Positions 18,421-27,386 of a stretch of DNA of 64,000 bases are shown here, piece after piece. Under the pieces are notes generated by a model that was not told the DNA's origin, did no database searches, and was given only the letters and a program-made list of their open reading frames with translations. Source of the DNA: Planctomycetota bacterium (GTDB lineage: Bacteria > Planctomycetota > SZUA-567 > H5-PLA8); NCBI GenBank assembly GCA_038227875.1, contig JBBRPR010000045.1, positions 8,403 through 72,402 on the forward strand. The letters run 5' to 3'. The position numbers and the translations under genes are program-made. The stretch's first letter is position 1. Each line of letters opens with the position of its first letter.

Positions 18421-18711
18421 ATGAGCCACATCGAAAGCATCCAGGACGCCATTTGGCAGACCCACCGCTGCGGTTCCGCGCATGTTGAATCCGTGCCGCT
18501 GGTCGAACGCATCCGCGAGAAGGTCGTCTTCGAAGGCACCGTCGAAGTTTTCAACCTGATCAACCACCCCAAGTCGCAGCGCTGTTACGCGTGGAGCGAC
18601 AAGGACAGCAACGGCGAAGAGTCCTACGTCGCCGTCCTGGAAATCGCCCCCGTCACCAGCCCGCGCACCGCGGTGCTGGCGTCGATCGTGGCGCGCATGG
18701 GGAAGAAGTAG
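18421..18711 (+). CDS. Small hypothetical protein
   Basis: 96-aa ORF with normal codon usage (VFEGTVEVFNLINHPKSQRCYAWS). Confidence 0.7.
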   Translation: MSHIESIQDAIWQTHRCGSAHVESVPLVERIREKVVFEGTVEVFNLINHPKSQRCYAWSDKDSNGEESYVAVLEIAPVTSPRTAVLASIVARMGKK

Positions 18712-18782
18712 GAAGAATTCTTAGTTTTGATTGAGTTATGCTTTCGTCTGTAATTAAGAATTCAAAATTGATCGTTACCGCC

Positions 18783-19265
18783 ATGTCCAACAAAGACGCG
18801 ATCCACTTCCCCAAGCTCTGGCAGTACGTCACGAACCAATTTCTGCTCGGGAAAAATTCGATTCACGGGCCGGCGCATTGGCGGCGCGTGGAGGAATTCG
18901 GGTTGCGCGTGGCGGAAATCTCTGGGGCCGACGTCACCGTCGTGCGCCTCTTCGCGGTCCTTCACGATGCCCGGCGCGAAAGCGACAGCTGGGATCCGCT
19001 CCACGGCACTCGCGGCGCGCAGCTTGCGCAGATTCTGCGCGGCCATCAATTTCAGCTCGACGACGCGCGCCTCGCCACGCTGGTCGAAGCGTGCACGTAT
19101 CACGCCGACGGCTTCACCAGCCGCAACGTCACCATCGGCACCTGCTGGGACGCCGACCGCCTCGACCTGCCCCGCTGCGGCGTGATCCCGCGTGTGGATA
19201 TGATGAGCACCGCCGCCGCGAAAGACCGCAAGTTAATCGCGTGGGCGATGGAGAGAAAGGGCTGA
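18783..19265 (+). CDS. HD-domain metal-dependent phosphohydrolase-like protein
   Basis: SIHGPAHWRRV, AVLHDARR, HGTRGA, CWDADRLDL. Confidence 0.85.
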   Translation: MSNKDAIHFPKLWQYVTNQFLLGKNSIHGPAHWRRVEEFGLRVAEISGADVTVVRLFAVLHDARRESDSWDPLHGTRGAQLAQILRGHQFQLDDARLATLVEACTYHADGFTSRNVTIGTCWDADRLDLPRCGVIPRVDMMSTAAAKDRKLIAWAMERKG

Positions 19266-19374
19266 GGGCCGAGGACTGAGGTTACGGCGCGTCGCTTCGC
19301 TCGCATGAAGTCGAACAATCGAAACTTCCCGCGTCTGCGGGGAGTTTTTGTTTCTCAGTCCTCAGTCCTCAGTC
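19260..19374. repeat. Inverted heptamer-repeat element
   Basis: GGCTGAG-GGCCGAG-GACTGAG (19260-19280) pairs with (CTCAGTC)x3 (19354-19374), enclosing a hairpin at 19322-19347. Confidence 0.55.
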
Positions 19375-19574
19375 TTGCCCATCGCCGCTTATCCCCGCTT
19401 GCCCTCTTTTTGTCCGATCTTGCCTTGTGAGAATGAAGAGAAGTCAGAACTTATCTTTCGCGTTCCAATTCCCCCCGGAGAACGCTTGCCGTGGCGTGGG
19501 CGCTGGGGTATGAGCAATCCCCTGTCGACTGTTGCAGGAGCACACCCACCATCAAGACGCCAAGGAGAAGACGT

Positions 19575-20744
19575 ATGGCCGACCGCTATGCCCCGAAGCC
19601 CGAACACAAATTCACGTTTGGACTGTGGACCACCGCCAACATGGGCCGCGATCCCTTCGGCGAACCCACGCGCGAACCGCTCGACCCCATCGCCAACATC
19701 AAGCAGATGGCCGAGATCGGCGCGTACGGCTACAACTTTCACGACAACGATCTGATTCCCTACGGTTCCTCCGCAAAGGAACGCGACCGCATCGTCAAGG
19801 CCGCCAAGAAGGTGATGGCCGATACCGGCATCATCTGCTCCATGGCCACGACCAATCTGTTCTCGCTGCCCGTCTTCAAAGACGGCGCGTTCACCAGCAA
19901 CGACGCGCAGGTCCGCTCGTTCGCGATCCAGAAAACGATGGCCGCCATCGATCTGGGCGTGGAACTGGGCGCCAAGATCTACGTCTTCTGGGGCGGCCGC
20001 GAAGGCGCGGAAGTCGACGTCGCCAAGGACCCGTGCCTGGCCATCAAGCGCAACCGTGAAGCGATGAACTTCCTGACGCACTACGTCAAGGACCAGGGCT
20101 ACGACCTCAAGTTCGCGCTCGAAGCCAAGCCCAACGAACCGCGTGGCGACATCTACAACGCCACGACCGGCAACATGCTCGCCTTCATCGAAACGCTCGA
20201 TCACAAGGAAATGGTCGGAGTCAATCCGGAATTCGCGCACGAAACGATGGCTGGCCTGAATTTCACGCACCACGTCGCGCAGGCGATCGAATCCAACAAG
20301 CTTTTCCACATCGACCTGAACGGCCAGAAGCCCGGGCGCTTCGATCAGGACCTGCGTTTCGCCAGTGAAGACCTGAAGGGTTCGTTCATGATTGTGCGGC
20401 TGCTGGAAATGAGCGAATACGACGGACCGCGCCACTTCGACGCGCACGCGTACCGCACCGAAGACAGCGCCGGCGTCTGGGATTTCGCGCGCGGCTGCAT
20501 GCGCACGTACGTGATCCTGAAGGAGAAGGCCGAGCAGTTCAACGCGGACAAGGAAGTGCGCCAGCTCCTGCGCGAGATCAACCGCGACGACAACACGCTT
20601 TCCAAGCTGACCGGCCGCTACACCAGCGAAAACGCCGCGAAGCTGAAAGCCGCGAAGCTCGACCCGATCGTGCTGGCGAAGAAGCCGCTGCCATACGAGC
20701 GGCTGGATCAGATCCTGATCGATATTCTGCTCGGCGCACGCTGA
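19575..20744 (+). CDS. xylA: Xylose isomerase (short class I type)
   Basis: KFTFGLWT, FHDNDL, WGGREG, EAKPNEPRGDI, NPEFAHE, FHIDLN, FDQDL. AAGGAG RBS before ATG 19575. Confidence 0.95.
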   Translation: MADRYAPKPEHKFTFGLWTTANMGRDPFGEPTREPLDPIANIKQMAEIGAYGYNFHDNDLIPYGSSAKERDRIVKAAKKVMADTGIICSMATTNLFSLPVFKDGAFTSNDAQVRSFAIQKTMAAIDLGVELGAKIYVFWGGREGAEVDVAKDPCLAIKRNREAMNFLTHYVKDQGYDLKFALEAKPNEPRGDIYNATTGNMLAFIETLDHKEMVGVNPEFAHETMAGLNFTHHVAQAIESNKLFHIDLNGQKPGRFDQDLRFASEDLKGSFMIVRLLEMSEYDGPRHFDAHAYRTEDSAGVWDFARGCMRTYVILKEKAEQFNADKEVRQLLREINRDDNTLSKLTGRYTSENAAKLKAAKLDPIVLAKKPLPYERLDQILIDILLGAR

Positions 20745-20767
20745 TCTGATTGGGAAAAAGTCAGCTA

Positions 20768-20833
20768 GACCTTTGTGCCTTTGGGCACAAAGGTCAAAAT
20801 GACCCGATGGCAAATTTGCCATCGGGTCATTTT
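20768..20833. repeat. Double-palindrome element (28-5-28 bp), possible bidirectional terminator
   Basis: GACCTTTGTGCC-TTTG-GGCACAAAGGTC, AAAAT, GACCCGATGGCAAATTTGCCATCGGGTC between convergent genes. Confidence 0.7.
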
Positions 20834-21561
20834 TTCGGCGGCGGAGCCACGGGCGCGACCGGAACAACGCGGTGTCGGTTGTACTTATCGAGCCGCTGCG
20901 CCTCGTCGGCGCTCAGCAAGGCCTTCAAGGCGTTGATCGTGTCTTCGTCTTCCTTATTAATGGCCGTACGCGCTTCCTTGACCCACGACTTCAATTCTTC
21001 GCGCGCGTCGGCGATCTCCTCGGGCGTTTTGCCCTTCGTTTTCTCACGCAGCGCTTTCTCGCGTTCGACGAACTCGTCTCTGAATTTCAGCTCGCGTTCC
21101 AGCGGCGGAGCCCATTTGGCGTGGCTGAAGTCGAGCAGTTTCTTCGCCGCGTCGCGCCGGACTTCGGGTAGAGCGGCGATGACTTTGGCTTCGTACTCCG
21201 CACGCGCGGCTTTCATTTCGCCTTCCCATTTCGCCGCTTTCTTCAAAAGCTCTGCGTCGAAGTCGGCGACGATTTTTTCGACGTTCTCTTTTTCGGTCTT
21301 GGAAAGTTCAAAGATTTCCGTGACGCCCGCGGTGAGTCCCGGCTGCTCCACCGCGCCGGGTTTGGGTGTGATCCGCAGCCGTTCGATGGCAATCAGCCAT
21401 GCGGGCGTGGGCTCCCATTTCTCGAGTTTCTCCACCGGAACGGGCGCCGGTTGCGGAACCAGCGGCGTAAGCGGCGGTTGTGGAGCATCCGCGGCGGCAA
21501 TGGCATTTCCAACCGAAATGGCTAAGGCCGCAAGGACCAGCGCGGCACAGATGTAACGCAT
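20827..21561 (-). CDS. Secreted helical hypothetical protein
   Basis: Signal peptide MRYICAALVLAALAISVGNAIA, Pro-rich linker and charged helical body. Confidence 0.75.
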   Translation of the reverse strand: MRYICAALVLAALAISVGNAIAAADAPQPPLTPLVPQPAPVPVEKLEKWEPTPAWLIAIERLRITPKPGAVEQPGLTAGVTEIFELSKTEKENVEKIVADFDAELLKKAAKWEGEMKAARAEYEAKVIAALPEVRRDAAKKLLDFSHAKWAPPLERELKFRDEFVEREKALREKTKGKTPEEIADAREELKSWVKEARTAINKEDEDTINALKALLSADEAQRLDKYNRHRVVPVAPVAPPPKK

Positions 21562-21671
21562 GACAAAACTCTCCCGATGACTTACGCTTTCCCGAGTTCG
21601 CGTTTCCAATAGCATAACCATACTGGCCCGAATTGGGTCATCAATTCAATCCCCGCCCACGTTGGACCGGA

Positions 21672-24600
21672 ATGCAAATGGCCGAGGCCGTTCTCGAAAC
21701 CGATTCCGTTTTCATCCACTTCGTCACCACCGAACCCGGCGGCGCGGGCGCGATCGTACGCATTCTGGCCGAACGCGAATCCCCCAGTCCCGCTGGCGAT
21801 CTCAGCTTCGACCGCCTGATCGGCGGCGGCCAGCGCCTGACGATGGCGCAAGCGCAGATGACCGGCCTGACCAACACTCAATTGGATTCCGCCGACGAAC
21901 TCGACGTGGTCCTCGAAGATTTGATCGAGTTCAGCCACGGCGCGACGCACTGGGTCGTTCCCAGCGGCGTCTCCGCGCGCGAGCTGCTTCGCAATGCCGC
22001 GCTGAGCAGCGGCCTGCCGCGTTTTCCGACGCCGGGAGTAGTAGGAATCGACGAGCTCGCTGGAGTCGTGCGACCGACAGAGGAAATACGCATCCTTTCC
22101 TCTAAAAACGATAACAATCTCAAATCCCTCTGGCACGACCTCCTCACCGATCTCCTGAAACTCCCCCTCCCTCTACTCTCCGAGATGAACTGGCTGCTCG
22201 CGCGCACGGATCATCCGCTTAAAAAATTGCTAAAGAGCGCTGAGACGGAAGCGGTCAAGGATCAGTTCAGCACGACCTTCAACAGCGGCAAGATTTCGCT
22301 CGAAAAATACTTCAAGGACTTCTCCGAGATCATCAATCGTCTGGGCTCCGAGCCGGAAGATGGTGAGCTGGGCGCACTGCCGCCGATGGCCGACGACCGG
22401 CCGCCGCAGGAGCCGGTCACCGCCGCGGAAATCGAAGCGGTGCTCGGCAGCGACGGCCCGCTCTCCAAGCACCTCACGGGCTACGAGGACCGGCCGGAGC
22501 AACTCGCGATGGCGCAGCGCGTCGCGGAGTCGCTCAACACCGGCAAGCACCTGATCGCGGAAGCGGGAACAGGCATCGGCAAAAGCCTCGCGTACCTGGT
22601 GCCGGCGATTCTGTTCGCCAAACGCGCGGGGCGGCCAGTGATGATCTCGACGCACACCAAAAATCTCCAGGCGCAGCTTTACGACAAGGACCTGCCGTTC
22701 CTGCGCAAACATCTGGGCATGGATTTTGAGCCGGCGCTGCTCAAGGGCCGGCCAAACTACCTCTGCTTGCGGAAATTCATGTACACTCTCCAGGAATCGG
22801 CCACGGAGCTAGACGACGACGAGCGAGGACGGCTGCTGCCCGTGATGACGTGGGCCACGCGCACCGACACCGGCGACGTCACGGAACTCGCGGCGTTCTC
22901 GCGCGAACAGAGCCCGGAACTCTGGGACCGTCTCCACACCGTCGGCGACGATTGCCTGAAGCGGCAGTGCCCATTTTACAAGCGCTGCTTTGTCTACAAA
23001 GCGCGCGGCCTGACGCGCACGGCCGATGTCGTGGTGCTGAATCACTCGCTCGTCTTTTCCGATCTGAATCTCGAGAGCGGCGTGCTGCCGCCATACAACG
23101 AGATCGTCTTCGACGAAGCGCACAAGCTGGAGGACGTCGCGACCGAGCATCTTGCGTGCGAGGTCACCCCCAAGCGCATCTACCGCGTGCTCAACAAGCT
23201 CTACCGCATCCCCCACGGCGGCACGGCGGGCAAGGGCGTGCTCGCGGCGCTGCTGGCCAATGTCGATCAGTCGAGTCATGAAATCAAAAGCGACATTCTC
23301 GAGCAGATCCGCACGCACATTCTCGCGGCGATGCAGGCGATCCAGCCGGCCAACGACGGCTCTGATGTCTTCTTCGATACCGTGCGCGGCTGGACCGACC
23401 GGCCGGAGCCCGATCGCGACGAACCGCCCGCGCAGATGTTTGTGCCGATGGAACGCGGCCGCGGTCCGGCGCCAGATCCCGACGACCTGTCGCCGCCGCC
23501 TGCGATGAGTTTCCAGCCGCGGCGCAACAAATTTCCCAGCCGCCAGCCCTCCGACCGCCGCCGCTTCTCCTCGGCATCGCTGCGGCCCGATGACGTCGAA
23601 CGCTTCACCAACGGCAAGGAAGCGGTGATCGCGCGGCTCGGCCGGTTGCGCCAGTCGCTGACTTCAATTGAAGATGACTTCAAAGAGGTGAAGAAAAATT
23701 CGATCCAGCGCGGCCGCGAACTGCTCAAGGAACTTCAGGCGCAGAATATGTTCTTGGAGGAATTGATCCACGACATCGAATTCGTGATCAAGGGCGAAGA
23801 ACCCAACTACGTCTTCTGGACGGAGCCGCTCGGCAAGAAGGGCGCGCGCGTCGTCGCCGCGCCGCTGGACGTCTCGGGCCTGCTCAACTCGCAGCTCTAT
23901 GAAAAGAAGCGCTCGGTGATTCTCGCCTCGGCGACGCTCTCCGTACGCGATTCGGAGGCCGACGATGGCGCGGGCCTCGCCCCGATCCGGATTCCGCGAC
24001 GACCGATGCAGCAGGAAGAAAAGCCGGCGCCGGTCGATCTGGTCCACGACAAGCCGCATCCCAAGAGCTTCGAATTTTTGAAGACGCGCATCGGCTTGAA
24101 ACTGGTGCCGGCCAACAAGCTCGACGAACTCCTGCTCGGCAGCCCGTTCGATTATCCCAACCAGTGCCGACTGTATGTGCCGACATTCCTGCCCGAACCC
24201 GGCGGCGCGCGCGAGAAGGATTTTTCGGCGGGCTTCGCGGCAATGGTCAGCGATCTAGTCAGCGCCAGCGGCGGACGCGCGATGGTGCTCTATACGTCGT
24301 ACGCGGCGCTGGAAGCCAGCGCGCGGCTGCTGCGCAAGTCACTCGCGCCGCAAAACATCGAAGTCATCGCGCAAGGCAACGACGGCTCGCGCGAATCGCT
24401 GCTGGCACGCTTGAAAGAGAACAAGCGCACGGTGCTGCTGGGCACGGCGAGTTTCTGGGAAGGCGTGGACGTCCGCGGCGACGCGCTCTCGCTGCTGATC
24501 ATCGCCAAGCTGCCGTTCGCGGTCTTCACCGATCCGATCGTGCAAGGCCGTTGCGAGCTGCTCGAAGCGAATGGCAAAGACCCGTTCCTGCACTTCAGCA

Positions 24601-24824
24601 TCCCGCAGGCGATCTTGAAACTCCGCCAGGGCTTCGGCCGCCTGATTCGCTCGAAGACCGACCGGGGCATCGTGGTCCTCGCCGACAAGCGCGTGGTGAC
24701 ACGCCGCTATGGCGCCGCGTTTCTGCGGGCGCTGCCGGCGAAGGCGCACATCGCCTCGAGCGGCGAGCAGCTGACGAAGTCGGTGCAGGAGTTTCTCGAC
24801 AACATCGCAGAAGGCGCAGAATAG
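21672..24824 (+). CDS. dinG: DinG/YoaA-family ATP-dependent helicase with Fe-S cysteines
   Basis: EAGTGIGKS, KGRPNYLC, DDCLKRQCPFYKRC, IVFDEAH, ASATL, FWEGVDV, LRQGFGRLIR. Start 21672 or 21678. Confidence 0.88.
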   Translation: MQMAEAVLETDSVFIHFVTTEPGGAGAIVRILAERESPSPAGDLSFDRLIGGGQRLTMAQAQMTGLTNTQLDSADELDVVLEDLIEFSHGATHWVVPSGVSARELLRNAALSSGLPRFPTPGVVGIDELAGVVRPTEEIRILSSKNDNNLKSLWHDLLTDLLKLPLPLLSEMNWLLARTDHPLKKLLKSAETEAVKDQFSTTFNSGKISLEKYFKDFSEIINRLGSEPEDGELGALPPMADDRPPQEPVTAAEIEAVLGSDGPLSKHLTGYEDRPEQLAMAQRVAESLNTGKHLIAEAGTGIGKSLAYLVPAILFAKRAGRPVMISTHTKNLQAQLYDKDLPFLRKHLGMDFEPALLKGRPNYLCLRKFMYTLQESATELDDDERGRLLPVMTWATRTDTGDVTELAAFSREQSPELWDRLHTVGDDCLKRQCPFYKRCFVYKARGLTRTADVVVLNHSLVFSDLNLESGVLPPYNEIVFDEAHKLEDVATEHLACEVTPKRIYRVLNKLYRIPHGGTAGKGVLAALLANVDQSSHEIKSDILEQIRTHILAAMQAIQPANDGSDVFFDTVRGWTDRPEPDRDEPPAQMFVPMERGRGPAPDPDDLSPPPAMSFQPRRNKFPSRQPSDRRRFSSASLRPDDVERFTNGKEAVIARLGRLRQSLTSIEDDFKEVKKNSIQRGRELLKELQAQNMFLEELIHDIEFVIKGEEPNYVFWTEPLGKKGARVVAAPLDVSGLLNSQLYEKKRSVILASATLSVRDSEADDGAGLAPIRIPRRPMQQEEKPAPVDLVHDKPHPKSFEFLKTRIGLKLVPANKLDELLLGSPFDYPNQCRLYVPTFLPEPGGAREKDFSAGFAAMVSDLVSASGGRAMVLYTSYAALEASARLLRKSLAPQNIEVIAQGNDGSRESLLARLKENKRTVLLGTASFWEGVDVRGDALSLLIIAKLPFAVFTDPIVQGRCELLEANGKDPFLHFSIPQAILKLRQGFGRLIRSKTDRGIVVLADKRVVTRRYGAAFLRALPAKAHIASSGEQLTKSVQEFLDNIAEGAE

Positions 24825-24880
24825 CGCTTCCGAAATGCTCGCGCTTGCATACCGTTAATGAGCGCCAAGTGGAGCCCCGC

Positions 24881-26149
24881 GTGTCTGATCCCAATGAACC
24901 TCTGCCGCAGCCTCTCGATTCGCCCATGCCGGCGGACCCGGCGCGCAACGACACGCCAACGGAAGTGGTCCCCAAAAATAACCCGCTGATCGTGCTCCAG
25001 ATCGCGACGCCAGCCACGATTCTTCTCGCGTTAGTCAACATCGGAGTATTCGTGGCGATGGTGGCCGTTGCCGGCGGCACGACGCTCATGAACCCGACAG
25101 TACCCACGCTGCTCGATTGGGGAGCGAACTTCGGTCCGCTGACAGCGGGTGGCCAGCCGTGGCGCCTGTTCACGGCGATGTTCCTGCACATCGGCCTCGT
25201 CCACATCTTCTTTAATATGTGGGCGCTCTGGAACCTGGGGCGCACGGCGGAGCAGTTCTACGGTACGTCGCGATTCGTCGCGATTTACATACTGACAGGA
25301 TTGGCGGGGAGCTGCGCCAGTCTGCTCCACAATCCCCTGGTCACGAGCGCTGGAGCTTCAGGGGCGATTTTTGGAATCCTCGGCGCGTTGTTTACCTTCG
25401 CCACGCTGCAGAAAATATCCGGCGGCGATCCGCGCTATCACCGGATCCAGATGTCGGTGCTGCGAGCCATCGCGATCAACCTGGTCATCGGCTTTTCCAT
25501 TCCGCAGATCGACAACAGCGCACATATCGGCGGCCTGATCTTCGGCATCGTCGCCGGCGCGGTCTTTGCGCCCATTCGCATTCGCGGGTTTAACATGGCG
25601 ATCGCAAAACGCGGAGCCATTGGCACGATTCTGCTTGTCGCCGTGTTGCTGGTCGGCACCGGCGTTGCGCGCAACCGCGCGCTGGCGGATTCACGGGTAA
25701 AAAAGTACACCGGCGGAAAAATGTACGCGACGTATTTTCAACAAATCAAGGAGTCCATCGAGGAGCAGGGAAAGATACACAAAGAGGTCCGGGAGTTGCT
25801 CCACACTCCGCCGATCCCTAAAGACCGCGCCCACGATCTCGCCGGGCGGGCCGATCAAGTGCTGAAGAATATGCAGGGCGTTACTCCGAACCCGGCGTTG
25901 GCCAGGGTTCACCAGATTCTAGTGACCGAATCGGTCAACCTCGCCGCTGCTACTCACGCGCTGGAGAATTACGCCGACTCTCCGTTGCCAGCCACGGCGG
26001 AGAAGGTAAACGCTGAACTTAAGAAGAGCACCGGAGTGACGAAAGACTTTAACGCAGCCATTCAAGTCTTTGGCAAGGAATACGGAATTGATTTCAAGCG
26101 TGGCGATCAGGAAGCGCCGGAAAAATCCGATGACACCGATGTTCCGTAA
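24881..26149 (+). CDS. Rhomboid intramembrane serine protease with a C-terminal helical domain
   Basis: QPWRLFTAMFLHIGLVHIFFNM, SAGASGAIFG, IDNSAHIGG. GTG start after GGAG. Confidence 0.9.
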   Translation: MSDPNEPLPQPLDSPMPADPARNDTPTEVVPKNNPLIVLQIATPATILLALVNIGVFVAMVAVAGGTTLMNPTVPTLLDWGANFGPLTAGGQPWRLFTAMFLHIGLVHIFFNMWALWNLGRTAEQFYGTSRFVAIYILTGLAGSCASLLHNPLVTSAGASGAIFGILGALFTFATLQKISGGDPRYHRIQMSVLRAIAINLVIGFSIPQIDNSAHIGGLIFGIVAGAVFAPIRIRGFNMAIAKRGAIGTILLVAVLLVGTGVARNRALADSRVKKYTGGKMYATYFQQIKESIEEQGKIHKEVRELLHTPPIPKDRAHDLAGRADQVLKNMQGVTPNPALARVHQILVTESVNLAAATHALENYADSPLPATAEKVNAELKKSTGVTKDFNAAIQVFGKEYGIDFKRGDQEAPEKSDDTDVP

Positions 26150-26989
26150 TCATCGCCGCTCGCGCCACTCCCGCGGCGGCATCCCGGTCTCGGCTTTGAA
26201 TGCGCGGTAAAAGCTCGACAGGTCCTCGAACCCGCACTCAAACCCGATGATCGCCACCGAGCGCTCCGTTTTCTTCAGCAGCGCCTGCGCGTGACGGATG
26301 CGCAGCTTGCGGACGTGGTTGAGCCACGACGTGCCGCTGAGTTTGCGGAACACGCGCGTGAAGTAACGGCGGCTTAAGCCCAGCCGCTCAGCCACGTTGT
26401 CGATCTTTTCGTTGTCGCTGAATTTCTGTTCGAGTTCCTTCACGTACGCCTGTACGCGCGCTTCCGGCGGAGAATTCTGCTCCGGCGACCGGCTGCGTTC
26501 TGTGTGAACACCGCTCGCGCGCGCCAGCGTGGCGACGAGTTGCAACGACAGCCCCGTCATCATCGTCGCGCAGCCACCGCGCAGCAGTGATTGCTCGAAG
26601 AACAACTGCCGCAGCAAGCGGCGCGCTTCGCCGGTCAGTGCCTGTTGGCGGAAAATTCGGAACTTGCCCAGATGCTGCTGCGCGTCTGCGGCATTCACGA
26701 GGACCGCATCGCGCACGCAGAGCACAATCAACGCCAGCGCCCGTTTCGGATCGTCCTCGATGCGATGCCGATAATGCGCCGGCACGGCGATCACGTCGCC
26801 TTTATGTATTGCGTGCCGCGCCTTGGGCGCCACGACCGCGCCGGCGCCATCGAGCACGAACATGAGTTTGAAATAATCGTGTGCCGTATCCGGCATGCGG
26901 AAGGCACTGCCGTGGTGGCTTTCGAGAATGAAAATGCCCCACGGGGGAAAGGCCGGTTCGACGGGCTTGCTGGCGCGTGCGGCAAACAT
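26150..26989 (-). CDS. AraC-family transcriptional regulator
   Basis: N-terminal cupin (HDYFKL); C-terminal VAERLGLSRRYFTRVF..GFEDLSSFYRAFK. Confidence 0.92.
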   Translation of the reverse strand: MFAARASKPVEPAFPPWGIFILESHHGSAFRMPDTAHDYFKLMFVLDGAGAVVAPKARHAIHKGDVIAVPAHYRHRIEDDPKRALALIVLCVRDAVLVNAADAQQHLGKFRIFRQQALTGEARRLLRQLFFEQSLLRGGCATMMTGLSLQLVATLARASGVHTERSRSPEQNSPPEARVQAYVKELEQKFSDNEKIDNVAERLGLSRRYFTRVFRKLSGTSWLNHVRKLRIRHAQALLKKTERSVAIIGFECGFEDLSSFYRAFKAETGMPPREWRERR

Positions 26990-27007
26990 GAGCGATGAGG
27001 AGGCGCG

Positions 27008-27352
27008 TTACTTTTTCGGCTCGTCCTTCTTAGGCTCTTCTTTCTTCGCATCGTCTTTCTTGTAGCCAAACTTCGCCGGATCGGCCTGAAATTCCTTCGA
27101 TGCGTCGCGCGTCGCGAAGTGGTATTCCTTGTCGCCGACCTTGACGTGGTAGATCGGCTTCGACGGCTTGCGTGTCACCGGGCAGATGCCGTTGGCTTCG
27201 CATTCGTCGAGCGTCATGTCCTTTGGGTCCTTCTCTTTTTTGACATCGTCCTTCTTCGGCGGATCCTCAGCTGCGCGCGCGCCGTACGCCGCGCCGCTCA
27301 GCGCCGCCATCAATCCAGCCGCCAACGCCAACTTACCGATTCGCAGGGCCAT
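27008..27352 (-). CDS. Small secreted YHS-like domain protein
   Basis: Signal peptide ending ARA; ICPVTRKPSKPIYHVKVGDKEYHFATRDASKEFQADPAKF. Confidence 0.7.
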   Translation of the reverse strand: MALRIGKLALAAGLMAALSGAAYGARAAEDPPKKDDVKKEKDPKDMTLDECEANGICPVTRKPSKPIYHVKVGDKEYHFATRDASKEFQADPAKFGYKKDDAKKEEPKKDEPKK

Positions 27353-27386
27353 CGTTCGTTCTCCAGAAGCTTCTTTGTGTTGGGAA

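Noticed and set aside
23390..24070. Inteins in DinG
   Set aside because: The insertions are short and Pro-rich and lack Cys/Ser..His-Asn splice motifs.
24164..24880. 661-aa version of the rhomboid
   Set aside because: The upstream part overlaps dinG; the GTG at 24881 has an RBS.
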